DNA of 64,000 nucleotides from NCBI GenBank assembly GCA_002269645.1, contig NIVC01003016.1, positions 61,201 through 125,200 on the forward strand. Reading direction: 5' to 3'. Source of the stretch: Macrostomum lignano (lineage: Eukaryota). Positions 11,055 to 24,200 of this stretch are shown in pieces; within the stretch, counting starts at the first letter, position 1; each line of letters starts with the position of its first letter. Below the pieces are notes generated by a model, which had not been told where the DNA came from, made no database searches, and saw nothing but the letters and a program-made list of their open reading frames with translations. Both the position numbers and the translations under genes were made by a program.

Positions 11055-14000
11055 ATGACTGAAACCATAGAAGTGATGGCTGATGACCTATTGAACAATG
11101 ACTGCAATGTCACTCGTTCATCATCTAGAAAGGTGACCTTTCCTACTGACGAAAGTATTGTGTCTGGCTACATGGACCCACCAGATCCTTGGGGAAAGGG
11201 TAAGTACAAATTGGTGTATGAAAGAGAGACAGGGTTCTTAGGATTAGTCGTTATTAAAACTGTTAAATAAAAAAATGACGTGTTTAAAAGTTTCGTTGGA
11301 GAACCTTAAAAGGGCAGGTAAAGTGGGACACTGGTTTGGAATGTTTAGTAAAGTGCAACACCTGTTAAGAATATCAGATGAAGTGCGACACTGATTGAGA
11401 AAGCAGGTGAAATGAGACAAGCCGAGAATAATATGTTGACTGATGGAGTTGAGAAGGGTAAAGGAAGTGAGACACCGGTTGAGAAGGGTAAAAGAAGTGA
11501 AACACCCGTTGAGAAGGGTAGAGGAAGTGAAACACCGGTTGAGAAGGGTAGAGGAAGTGAGACACCGGTTGAGAAGGGTAAAGGAAGTGAGACACCGGTT
11601 GAGAAGGGTAGAGGAAGTGAGACCGGTTGAGAAGGGTAGAGGAAGTGAAACACCGGTTGAGAAGGGTAGAGGAAGTGAGACACCGGTTGAGAAGGGTAAA
11701 GGAAGTGAGACACCGGTTGAGAAGGGTAGAGGAAGTGAGACACCGGTTGAGAAGGGTAGAGGAAGTGAGACACCGGTTGAGAAGGGTAGAGGAAGTGAGA
11801 CACCGGTTGAGAAGGGTAGAGGAAGTGAGACACCGGTTGAGAAGGGTAGAGGAAGTGAGACACCGGTTGAGAAGGGTAGAGGAAGTGAGACACTGGTTAA
11901 GAAGGACAGGTAAATGAAGACACCAGCTAAATATTGATTATTCATAATATAACCATGCTGGGCATTGCAGGCTACAATTGCACTACGGAGGAGCTGGTGT
12001 GCGCCTACAAGGCTGCCTGCGACGCCAACGGAGTTCAGCCGCACCGGCACCTGCTTGAGCAGCTGCAGGGCATCGACCTGAGCGTCTGCAACGATCGCTA
12101 CGAGATGCTGAGCTGTCGCAATCTCCGGCTAGACAGCCGGCAGGTCGAAGCCCTGGAAGAGATTTTCAAACGGGTTCAGTTTAAAACGCTGGACTTTGAA
12201 AGCAGCGGCCTCGACGAAGACAGCGCCATCGCCCTGTTCGACATGATCGAGTACTACGAGTCCTGCTGCAAGCTCAACATCGCGCACAACACTAGAATCG
12301 GACTGCGCGGCTGGCAGATGTGCTCGAGAATGTTGAAGAAAACTCCGTGCCTACAGACCATTGATTTGCACGGCATCCCGCTGTCCGAGCAGAGCATCCC
12401 GGCCCTGGTTCGGTCGCTTCGGATTGGCTCCACTTTGGTTACGCTGCATTTGGAGCATTCGAATATTACTGGCCGGAATCTGCTCATACTCGGTTGGTTG
12501 CTGGGTCATTTATTTTATTTGTTTTATGGTATCGCATTCTACAGGTGTGTCCAAATGAGAGATTCGAAGTTCGGCTAGAGCGCACTTCAGGCGACATTGT
12601 CACACAACCGGCGAGAGGTATTACTGCCCATTCCGCCGACTCCCCTTAGCAGGCACACAAGCGCGCGGATACGTACGCAGTCATACGCACAGGCACACAC
12701 ACACAGGAGCGGGGGCATCACAAACCCAAGAAATCACAACTCTGAAAAGCGCTTTCCATCAAAAACCCGAAATATCATAAACCCGAAATATCATAACTCC
12801 GAAAGTTCTAGCAATGTCCAACACTATTTTAGTTTTCGAAGTTATGATATTTCGGGTTTGTGATATTTCGGGTTTATGATATTTCGGGTTTATGATGTTT
12901 CGGGTTTATGATATTTCGGGTTTATGATATTTCGGGTTTGTGATATTTCGGGTTTATGATATTTCGGGTTTATGATATTTCAGGTTTATGATATTTCGGG
13001 TTTCTGATGGCGACCCACACAGAAGTGTACAGCGGCCCTAACTTTATATTATCGTTAGGCATGTACACTTCACTGTGCCTTGGGGGTTGGCTCTCTAGGG
13101 TGTTAATTGCACGAGCAGAGCCAAGCCGAGATGCCAATTTAGCCTCAAATTAATGTGACTGCTCTGGGAATCGAGCCTGGGCCGCTGGCACATCTGAGCG
13201 TTGCCCCAGACCACTGGACAACGGCCCCCCGATGAAAATATTTTTTATTTTAATCAATAGTTTATTTTTAGCATAGAACCAGCCTTTAAATGTTTTCTAC
13301 CAAACAAACGTTTCCCGGCCTTCTATATTTATATCGTCCTTCGTTAATCGTTATGATCCTTATATGATCCCTAGCTTTTCTTAAATTTGTGTACTGAGTT
13401 ACCTCTGAATATATTAATAAATATCTATGCCAACCTATCCTCCTCAGTAACGGCCCTACGCATCAACGAGAGCCTTCGCGAGCTGCTGTTGGCCGACAAC
13501 AAGATGACCAGCAGCGATGGCCAGCACCTGGCCAGCTTGTTGAGAAACACGCCAACTCTGCAGATGCTGGACGTGCGGAACAATGCTCTGCAGGTGCGCT
13601 TGAATGACTTTGATAAGTTTAGAGGCCAAGCTTACAGGCGTAAACAGCTTGCTAATTGGTTCAGCCATGACTGGAACAACCGGGAAGGCAATAAACATTG
13701 GGTGGCGGGGCGGGGGGTTAAAAGCCAATAAATACGCCTCTGTCTTTAAAAATACATTAAAATGCTTCGGTTTAACTTACTACTGAACTGACAGTAGCTT
13801 GCGCGTATAAATTTGCTGCGTGGCCCATCTAGTTATATTCTAGTATCTGTGTTCAAGGCCGAGTTTTGATTTGAGCTGCCCCATTCAGCTTTGTACTAAG
13901 TACTAACCGCAGCCAACTCTGCTTAACTTGCATCGCTATTCTATACTCGTGTTGTCATAGCGACCCTTATAGATTCTATCTGACATTTATTTGACCTTCA

Positions 14001-17000
14001 TTTGGGCGTTTTATTTGACCTTCATTTAACCCCCTCGGGCAGGACACTGGCTGCGCGTACATCTGCGAGGGCCTGTACGAACAGCAGGGCGGCGAGTGCG
14101 GCCTGGCCGCGCTGGTGCTGTGGCACAACCAGATCAGCCACGAGGCCATGCCGGCGGTGTCCGCCGCCCTAGCCGTCAATCGGCATCTGCAAACGTTGAA
14201 CCTCGGGCACAATCTGATTGGCAGCGAGGGCGTCCACCTGCTGCGCGAAGGCCTATTACGTAATCGAACTCTGCTTAGACTCGGCCTCCAATGGTGCCGA
14301 ATCGCTTGCGAAGGCGCTGTAGCCTTGGCCGAATGCCTGGCCGAGAGTCCCCAGCTGCTCAGGCTGGACCTGCGCGACAATCAGATTCGAACTGCCGGTC
14401 TCATGGCGCTTAAATTGGCGCTTAGCGTTAATAAGAGTCTGACCAGGCTCGACCTGGACAAAGACATCAAGAAGGAACCCGTGAGTCTATTGCGCTACCC
14501 TAGAGAGTTGCTAAATTTTGGTAGTAGATTTCAGCTGACCTCATATAACCTCAATAGAGCTTTTTAAACCTTATTTGGCCCTTTTTGTCCCATCAGAATA
14601 GCGTAGGCGTTTGGCATATATTAGGTTAAAATAGACCTCGATGCTAAAAGAAAAGTCTAGGAGCTATATTAATAAAATAATATTCCAGGTACCCTGGCGC
14701 AGTACACACAAGCGTTCCATTACTGTACACAGCACGCACTCATACACACCAGGGGCGTCGCCATCGAGGGGGGGGACATGTCCTCCCCCCAGTAATATGG
14801 GGGGACATGCCAATGCTTTGCCCCTTTTGTGACCTGTTATGAAAATCAATAATGTTGCTTCAGGGCAGCAAAATATAGCGCCTGCGGCACTAAAGTGAGT
14901 GTCTGCGGCGCTAAAATGAGTGTCTGCGGTGCTAAAATGAGTGCCTGCGGCGCTAAAATGAGTGCTTTTTTACCTTAAGCCTAGTTGACCTCACTTAAAC
15001 CCTAATACCATAACGCGAATTCAACGCAGAGCATGAAGGACTACGCCGAGCAGCAAGGCGCCCTATTAGAAGCGATCGGCGCCCTGCTCCAGCGGAATCG
15101 AGCTCAGGCTCGCGACAAAGAGCTGCGCCAGCTGGACGAGCAGCAGCGCCTGATGGAGCGCGAAGAGGAGACCTCCAGCCAAGACTCGCTGCAACGGCCC
15201 CGCTTCGTGCCGCCGCAGCCTTCGCCCATAGCAACTGATGATGGCGACGCTTCAAACGACGATGGGGCGCCGTCTCGACCGGCGGACCTGTCGGTGTCCA
15301 CCGCCGAGGTTTCGGCTCCGTTTGCTTGCGTCACGTCGCCAACAGATCGAGTTCTGGGCGTTGAGGATATCGTTGTTGGATTTAACGCTGCCGCCGGCGC
15401 CAACGCGTCACTGCTGCTGGTGGCGCCTGCGGCAGCCACCAATTCCGACGGAGATGCCGGTGCCTCTGCATTGGTAAGTATCCTGTATTTGGAGTCTCGG
15501 ATTCTTGACGGAGGATGTCTCATTTTCTATTTAAAAGCCCGATACATGTTAGTGGATGTCGGATTCTTGGTGTTGGATGTCGGATTCATGTTGGTAGATG
15601 GATTCATGTTGGTGGATGTCGGATTCATGTTGGTGGATGTCGGATTCATGTTGGTGGATGTAGGATTCATGTTGGTGGATGTCGGATTCATGTTGGTGGG
15701 TGTCGGATTCATGTTGGTGGATGTCGGATTCATGTTGGTGGGTGTCGGATTCATGTTGGTGGATGTCGGATTCATGTTGGTGGGTGTCGGATTCATGTTG
15801 GTGGATGTCTGGTTCATGTTGGTGGATGTAGGATTCATGTTGGTGGATGTCGGATTCATGTTGGTGGGTGTCGGATTCATGTTGGTGGATGTCGGATTCA
15901 TGTTGGTGGGTGTCGAATTCATGTTGGTGGATGTCGGATTCATGTTGGTTGATGTCGAATTTATTTTGGTGGATGTCAGATTCGTGTTGGTGGATGTCGG
16001 ATTCATGTTGGTGGATGTCAGATTCGTGTTGGTGGATGTCGGATTCATGTTGGTGGATGTCGGATTCATGTTGGTGGATGTCGGATTCATGTTGGTTGAT
16101 GTCGAATTTATTTTGGTGGATGTCAGATTCGTGTTGGTGGATGTCGGATTCATGTTGGTGGATGTCGAATTTATTTTGGTGGATGTCGGATTCTCGGTGT
16201 TTGATGTCGGATTCATGTTGGTGGATGTCGGATTCGTGTTGGTGGATGTCGGATTCGTGTTGGTGGATGTCGGATTCGTGTTGGTGGATGTCGGATTCGT
16301 GTTAATGGATGTCGGATTCATGTTGGTGGATGTCGGATTCATGTTGGTGGGTGTCGAATTCATATTATGTGCTGAAAAAATATTAGCAATGGTTCTGGAA
16401 CAACCCTTAGCTACTGAAAATTTCAATTCTCGTTGATTGACTCTATCTTTGTATTTTACCTTTTTTAGGCAACCCCGCAAGACCCGCTTAGCAATGATCA
16501 ATTCGAAATCGGCTCAGTGGGTGATGCTGACCTGTCCAGCTTGAATACTCCTGAGTCTACCGCTCAGCTTCAGGATGAGTCCGCCGCCCAGCCTCATCAG
16601 GATGAGTCGACCGCCCAGCCTCATCAGGATGAGTTTACCGCTCAGCTTCAGGATGAGTCCGCCGCCCAGCCTCATCAGGATGAGTCTACCGCTCAGCTTC
16701 AGGATGAGTCCGCCGCCCAGCCTCATCAAGATGAGTCTATCGCCCAGCCTCATCAGGATGAGTCGACCGCCCAGCCTCATCAGGATGAGTTTACCGCTCA
16801 GCTTCAGGATGAGTCCGCCGCCCAGCCTCATCAGGATGAGTCTACCGCTCAGCTTCAGGATGAGTCCGCCGCCCAGCCTCATCAAGATGAGTCTATCGCC
16901 CAGCCTCATCAGGATGAGTCGACCGCCCAGCCTCATCAGGATGAGTTTACCGCTCAGCTTCAGGATAAGTCTATCGCCCAGCCTCATCAGGATGAGTCAA

Positions 17001-17296
17001 CCGCCCAGCCTCATCAGGATGAGTCTATCGCCCAGCCTCATCAGGATGAGTCTATCGCCCAGCCTCATCAGGATGAGTCTATCGCCCAGCCTCATCAGGA
17101 TGAGTCTATAGCCCAGTCTCATCAGGATGAGTCTATCGCCCAGCCTCATCAGGATGAGTCTATCGCCCAGTCTCATCAGGATGAGTCTATCGCCCAGCCT
17201 CATCAGGATGTGTCTATCGCCCAGCCTCTTCAGGATGCGTCCGCCGCTCAACCTCATCAGGAAGAGTTGATAGACTCAGCGCAAGTCCACTCCTAG
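11055..17296 (+). CDS. PPP1R37: Protein phosphatase 1 regulatory subunit 37 (LRR protein), 6 exons: 11055-11199, 11971-12492, 13448-13593, 14043-14480, 15030-15473, 16469-17296 (~840 aa)
   Basis: RKVTF (RVxF-type PP1 docking motif) in exon 1; LRR repeats typical of the family (LRELLLADNK, LQTLNLGHNLIG, EGAVALAECLAESPQLLRLDLRDNQIRTAGLMAL); all GT-AG junctions keep frame. Confidence 0.92.
11440..11905. repeat. Intronic minisatellite, 30-bp unit CCGGTTGAGAAGGGTAGAGGAAGTGAGACA
   Basis: About 15 copies in PPP1R37 intron 1, with degenerate related units from ~11320. Confidence 0.95.
12576..13209 (-). mobile_element. SINE family 2 copy B, carrying a nested foldback MITE (~12711-13015)
   Basis: SINE body is split at CACACAGGAG / CACACAGAAG (near-duplicated ~10 bp); the insert has inverted arrays of the 16-bp unit AAACCCGAAATATCAT. 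Confidence 0.82.
14749..14965. mobile_element. MITE-like element with CAGGGGCGTCGCC end (family shared with 26080-26387, opposite orientation)
   Basis: Shared segments GGGGGGACATGCCAATGCTTTGTCCC, TTATG(A/G)AAATCAATAA and GCCTGCGGCACTAAA followed by a 21-bp subrepeat. Confidence 0.75.
15545..16362. repeat. Intronic minisatellite, 21-bp unit GTTGGTGGATGTCGGATTCAT
   Basis: About 38 copies in PPP1R37 intron 5 (donor 15474, acceptor 16468). Confidence 0.96.
16540..17270 (+). repeat. Coding 27-bp tandem repeat (QPHQDES[T/I/A]A, ~27 units) in the last PPP1R37 exon
   Basis: In frame from the acceptor TTTTTTAG|GCA at 16469 to the stop at 17296. Confidence 0.85.
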
Positions 17297-17839
17297 GATT
17301 TACAACTCGCACACGCCAGTGCCTTCCATGTTTTTTGAATAACTTTTGTGAAGCGATCAAATTAGTTTTCTGCACAGCCTACTCACGGCAGTAGCTCTGT
17401 ACTTAATGCCCAAATGAACGTACAGTTTGTTTATTTAACACACTTCCCTCTTAACATTTGCGGTGTTTGAGGATTTCCAGATTCCAGTTCACTCGCCCAT
17501 AGACTTTTCACATGCACTACTATGACTGAGTTGATCAGTTTACCTGCTGCAATGCTGCCTACCAAAAGCGATTAATTGACCATGCAAATTATTATCATGC
17601 TTGCAAAACATTTGATCAATGAGCAACGTAAGCCGTGTATCCCATCTCAATGGCAACTTTGCTTTACTTCTGTCTTTCTGCTCCATTGTACGTCACGTTC
17701 TTTGTTTGTTGTACTTCTTAATAGACCAGCTCGGATTATTAGATTAAGTGAGAGCTTTGCAAAATATTTGTTCTGTTTTCGTGTGTATCAAAACAAAATC
17801 AGGATGCTGGTGATCTATAAATTAACTCTTGTGTCTGTG

Positions 17840-18135
17840 ACAAGGGGCCATTGATATCTGTGAAAAGAGGCCATTGACATCCTTAAGAGGAGGCCCTTGA
17901 TTCCTGTGAGAAGAGGCCCTAGATATCTGTGATAAGTGGCCCTTGATATCTGTAGGAAGTGTCCCTTGGTATCTATAAAGCGGCCCTAGATATCTGTGAG
18001 AAGTGGTCCCAGATATCTGTGAAAAGAGGCCCTTGATATCTGTGAGAAGTGGCTCTTGATATCTGTGAGAAGGGGTCCTAGATACTGTGAGAAGTGGCTC
18101 TTAATATCTGTGAGAAGTGGCCCTAGGTATCTGTT
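17840..18135. repeat. Degenerate ~24-bp tandem repeat GATATCTGTGAGAAGTGGCCCTT
   Basis: About 12 diverged copies. Confidence 0.85.
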
Positions 18136-18799
18136 ACAGTTACAGTCTGATAAGAGTTACAATTTTAGTAACTCGCCTATGATTTTATATTGAGACCGAA
18201 AATTTCAATAACAAATATTACCAAATTTGGAAATTATTCTAGAATCCTTTCCGTTTTCTTTTGTCTCAGCACACCAGCCTATTGGCGTGTAATTTTCAAA
18301 CTTCTCTAATCTTTTCTTTTTCAACATCTTGCATAATACATACAGATGAACATTATTGAATGCTAGAAGAATGTCCTGAGTCTGTTTTTTCAATTGCTGT
18401 AGTATAGACAGTGCCCTATTCTATCCAACTCTTCTATAAAATCTATATTGATTATTATATTTATTATTTGATTATTCCTTAATTTTTATTACGATACATG
18501 AAATATAGTTTTGTCTTCTATTTCGTCATATTTTATATTCTGTAAATTGATTCAGTTATTAAACGCATGCTCGATTCTGAACCCTCATGTTGCTGTTGTG
18601 AACTGACTATTGAAAATTTCAGCAATTTAACTGTGCAAAATGATCTAATCTGCTTAGTCTTATCGATCTATGATATATACTGCAGCAATCACTGAAAGCA
18701 TGGGTCCTTTATGAAGGCCGCGTGTCCAGAAAATTGTATCGAATTTTTACTAGCCACAAACACTTGCTTGAATTGGCGTCTTCTGCTTTTGGTCATTTG

Positions 18800-19490
18800 G
18801 GATGCCAAGGCTCAATGTAGGATGCTGAGTTGCCAAGGCTCAATGTGGAATGCTGAGTTGCCAAGGCTCAATGAAGAGTTGCTGAGATGCCAAGGCTCAA
18901 TGGAGAGATGCTGAGACGCCAAGGCTCAATGGAGAGATGCTGAGATGCCAAGGCTCAATGGAGAGATGCTGAGATGCCAAGGCTCAATAGAGATGCTGAG
19001 ACGCCAAGGCTCAATGGAGAGATGCTGAGATGCCAAGGCTCAATAGAGATGCTGAGACGCCAAGGCTCAATGGAGAGTTGCTGAGATGCCAAGGCTCAAT
19101 GGAGAGATGCTGAGATGCCAAGGCTCAATGGAAAGATGCTGAGATGCCAAGGCTCAATGGAGAGATGCTGAGATGCCAAGGCTCAATGGAGAGTTTCTGA
19201 GATGCCAAGGCTCAATGGAAAGATGCTGAGATGCCAAGGCTCAATGGAAAGATGCTGAGATGCCAAGGCTCAATGGAAAGATGCTGAGATGCCAAGGCTC
19301 AATGGAAAGATGCTGAGATGCCAAGGCTCAATGGAGCGATGCTGAGATGCCAAGGCTCAATGGAAAGATGCTGAGATGCCAAGGCTCAATGGAGAGTTTC
19401 TGAGATGCCAAGGCTCAGGTTGTGATGCTGAGATGCCAGTGCTCAGGTTGGGATGCTGAGATGCCAAGGCTCAGGTTGGGATGCTGAGAT
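18800..19490. repeat. Minisatellite, 29-bp unit GGCTCAATGGAGAGATGCTGAGATGCCAA
   Basis: About 23 copies; the related motif GCTGAGATGTCAAGGCT recurs near 35413. Confidence 0.95.
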
Positions 19491-19855
19491 ATATCGTACC
19501 CTTCCATTCCCTCCAGAGAATCTCACAAAGTATTCTAATCTGACATTGCAAGTTAACGAACGCATTGCAGCATTGTGCCCCGATGCCTACTCAGAATTAG
19601 AAAACTTTGTCCTAGATAAGAAAGTTGCTAAATTATTCAAAGAAAGTTCCCAGTTCTAATTGCGGCAAAGCTGATCAAACAGGTTTCCGCGCAAATTGTC
19701 TTGAACTTTTCTCAAGTGTCGCTAACTGTTGCCTTACAAGGTATTTTTTGCCCCGATTTCTTAATTGACTAATTGGTCTGTGTGTGCTCAGGTGATCAAA
19801 TTAAAATCAATTTTAAGTAAAGTTAGGCGTAGTCACTAGCGGAAGCTCCATTGCT

Positions 19856-19863
19856 TATAAATA
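19856..19863 (+). promoter_or_regulatory. Candidate TATA box of CUB-like gene 1
   Basis: TATAAATA about 100 nt upstream of the ATG at 19961. Confidence 0.55.
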
Positions 19864-19960
19864 CCTGCCCACAAGACACGGGAAATCTTGCAACAGCAGT
19901 TGAGCTAATAACAATAAGCTATCAAATATTCTGACAAAATCGACTTCAATCGCTGCAGTG

Positions 19961-20467
19961 ATGAAGCTGTTCATCTGCGTCCTGGTGCTGGCTTGCTTCG
20001 CCGCTTTTGTCTGTAAGTTAAGCAATATGTAGACCTATGATATTTTCACTACAATTGCCCTGTTAACCCGCCAAACTGTTCCAGCGTCCACCTGCCCGAC
20101 CCTCTACAAGACGAGGAGCTACGGCAACACCCGCTTCTTTCTGAACGCCGCCTCCAACGGTGTCTGCGGTGGCCGGTACAGCAACAATCTGAGGTGTCGC
20201 TATGTCCTGGTGAACAGCACTGAGAACAGGCGCGGCGGCTCTGTGAACCTCAACCTGCGCAACTTCCAGACTGAGAGCTGCTGCGACTACCTCACCATCA
20301 ACTACACTAGCACTAGCTACCGGAGCTCTGGCTACCGGCTCAGGGGCTATCAGAGCAACAACCTGCGTTACACGCTAAACACCGCCCCCCGCTCTGAAGT
20401 GTCAATCTACTTGTACACTGACGCCAGCGTGACCAGGCGGGCCTTCTTCTTGACTGGAAGCGCCTGA
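19961..20467 (+). CDS. Small secreted single CUB-like domain protein, paralog 1; exons 19961-20012 and 20085-20467 (144 aa)
   Basis: Signal peptide MKLFICVLVLACFAAFVS, phase-1 GT-AG intron, CUB-like motifs YSNNLRCRYVL, NFQTESCCDYLTI and LYTDASVTRRAFFL. Confidence 0.85.
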
Positions 20468-21299
20468 ACTGTCTCTAAATTTAACTCGGTGTTTGGTGAC
20501 ATTCCCTCTGAAACTAGTAAATCAATATACACTATCAACTGAATTTGGCCGCATTATCAGTTAAAACTTAATATTTGACTTTGATTAATTTATTTCACTG
20601 TGAGAAGCTGTAATCAGCGGTTTGTTTTTATGCTACTGTTAGTAGTTTTAGCTCGGAGAAATGTTTGTCAGTAGATTAGATTAGACTCTTTGCTGGATAC
20701 TGGATTGTATTAGTCTCTTATGATTGTTTATTTGGTACACTCGATCAAAAAAGTGTAACAAAAAACGCTCTTTGGATCGGGAGTTATTTTCACAGTGCTC
20801 AGGATCAACTGCGCCTTGGTCGACTCTGCTTGAAGGGTGGTTTTTGCGTCTGTGTTCATTGAGACCGCAGATACACCGTTAGGTCGGCGAGGTCAAGCCA
20901 AAAATATTCTGACCAAGGAAAGACTCTGGTTTAGTTGTACAAGTGCATGGTAAATAAGATACTGTTGGATCATTTGATTACAAACTTAGAATTGATTAGA
21001 ATCTCATAGATACCTTAGCTCCATGCTACGAGTGTATGTCCATCCATCTTAAAGTTCTACATGTACACTTGTAGCAAAAATACAACCCGGAAATTTCTAT
21101 GTGAAATATAAAAAATTAGTAGCTATAGAAGAAATTTTGTGGGTATGGTGGGGGCCAAGCCTCCGCGTTTTACCATAGAAAAAATTATTGAGAAGAGGTA
21201 AAAGAGAGAAGAAATAAAACACTGCAAGTGGTTAATCGATTCGTTGGCTTAATCTTAGCTTCTCAGTTCCTTCCTGATTTTTTCCCGAGTCGAGGTGAT

Positions 21300-24200
21300 T
21301 TGTGTCGATGGTGCTGGATATCCACTAAACACACTCACTCGTGTCAATGGAGCTGGATATCCACTAAACACACTCACTCGTGTCAATGGAGCTGGATATC
21401 CACTAAACACACTCACTCGTGTCAATGGAGCTGGATATCCACTAAACATAACACACTCACCCGTGTCAATGGAGCTGGATATCCACTAAACACACTCACT
21501 CGTGTCAATGGAGCTGGATATCCACCAAACACACTCACCCGTGTCAATGGAGCTGGATATCCACCAAACACACTCACCCGTGTCAATGGTGCTGGATATC
21601 CACCAAACACACTCACTCCTGTCAATGGAGCTGGATATCCACTAAACACACTCACCCGTGTCAATGGAGCTGGATATCCACCAAACACACTCACTGCACC
21701 CGTGTCAATGGAGCTGGATATCCACCAAACACACACCCGTGTCGATGGAGCTGGATATCCACCAAACACACTCACTGCACCCGTGTCAATGGAGCTGGAT
21801 ATCCACCAAACACACTCACCCGTGTCGATGGAGCTGGATATCCACCAAACACACTCACTGCACCCGTGTCAATGGAGCTGGATATCCACTAAACACACTC
21901 ACCCGTGTCAATGGAGCTGGATATCCACCAAACACACTCACCCGTGTCGATGGAGCTGGATATCCACCAAACACACTCACTGCACCCGTGTCAATGGAGC
22001 TGGATATCCACTAAACACACTCACCCGTGTCGATGGTGCTGGATATCCACCAAACACACTCACCCGTGTCGATGGAGCTGGATATCCACCAAACACACTC
22101 ACTGCACCCGTGTCAATGGAGCTGGATATCCACCAAACACACTCACCCGTGTCGATGGAGCTGGATATCCACCAAACACACTCACTGCACCCGTGTCAAT
22201 GGAGCTGGATATCCACCAAACACACTCACCCGTGTCAATGGAGCTGGATATCCACCAAACACACTCACTCCTGTCAATGGAGCTGGATATCCACCAAACA
22301 CACTCACCCGTGTCAATGGAGCTGGATATCCACCAAACAGACTCACCCGTGTCAATGGAGCTGGATATCCACTAAACACACTCACCCGTGTCGATGGTGC
22401 TGGATATCCACTAAACACACTCACCCGTGTCGATGGAGCTGGATATCCACCAAACACACTCACTGCACCCGTGTCAATGGAGTTGGATATCCACTAAACA
22501 CACTCACCCGTGTCGATGGAGCTGGATATCCACCAAACAGACTCACCCGTGTCAATGGAGCTGGATATCCACTAAACACACTCACCCGTGTCAATGGAGC
22601 TGGATATCCACCAAACACACTCACCCGTGTCAATGGAGCTGGATATCCACTAAACACACTCACCCGTGTCAATGGAGCTGGATATCCACCAAACACACTC
22701 ACTGCCCCTGTGTCAATGGAGCTGGATATCCACCAAACACACTCACCCGTGTCGATGGAGCTGGATATCCACCAAACACACTCACCCGTGTCGATGGAGC
22801 TGGATATCCACTAAACACACTCACCCGTGTCGATGGTGCTGGATATCCACCAAACACACTCACCCGTGTCAATGGAGCTGGATATCCACTAAACACACTC
22901 ACCCGTGTCAATGGAGCTGGATATCCACTAAACACACTCACCCGTGTCAATGGAGCTGGATATCCACCAAACACACTCACTGCACCCGTGTCAATGGAGC
23001 TGGATATCCACCAAACACACTCACCCGTGTCGATGGAGCTGGATATCCACCAAACACACTCACCCGTGTCGATGGAGCTGGATATCCACTAAACACACTC
23101 ACCCGTGTCGATGGTGCTGGATATCCACCAAACACACTCACCCGTGTCAATGGAGCTGGATATCCACCAAACACACTCACCCGTGTCAATGGAGCTGGAT
23201 ATCCACTAAACACACTCACCCGTGTCAATGGAGCTGGATATCCACCAAACACACTCACTGCACCCGTGTCAATGGAGCTGGATATCCACCAAACACACAC
23301 CCGTGTCGATGGAGCTGGATATCCACCAAACACACTCACTGCACCCGTGTCAATGGAGCTGGATATCCACCAAACACACTCACCCGTGTCGATGGAGCTG
23401 GATATCCACCAAACACACTCACTGCACCCGTGTCAATGGAGCTGGATATCCACTAAACACACTCACCCGTGTCAATGGAGCTGGATATCCACCAAACACA
23501 CTCACCCGTGTCGATGGAGCTGGATATCCACCAAACACACTCACTGCACCCGTGTCAATGGAGCTGGATATCCACTAAACACACTCACCCGTGTCGATGG
23601 TGCTGGATATCCACCAAACACACTCACCCGTGTCGATGGAGCTGGATATCCACCAAACACACTCACTGCACCCGTGTCAATGGAGCTGGATATCCACCAA
23701 ACACACTCACCCGTGTCGATGGAGCTGGATATCCACCAAACACACTCACTGCACCCGTGTCAATGGAGCTGGATATCCACCAAACACACTCACCCGTGTC
23801 AATGGAGCTGGATATCCACCAAACACACTCACTCCTGTCAATGGAGCTGGATATCCACCAAACACACTCACCCGTGTCAATGGAGCTGGATATCCACCAA
23901 ACAGACTCACCCGTGTCAATGGAGCTGGATATCCACTAAACACACTCACCCGTGTCGATGGTGCTGGATATCCACTAAACACACTCACCCGTGTCGATGG
24001 AGCTGGATATCCACCAAACACACTCACTGCACCCGTGTCAATGCAGTTGGATATCCACTAAACACACTCACCCGTGTCGATGGAGCTGGATATCCACCAA
24101 ACAGACTCACCCGTGTCAATGGAGCTGGATATCCACTAAACACACTCACCCGTGTCAATGGAGCTGGATATCCACCAAACACACTCACCCGTGTCAATGG

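Noticed and set aside
15474-16436. MLVDVGF hydrophobic repeat extension of the 467-aa ORF
   Set aside because: It lies after a strong GTAAGT donor at 15474 and before the acceptor at 16468, so it is intronic minisatellite.
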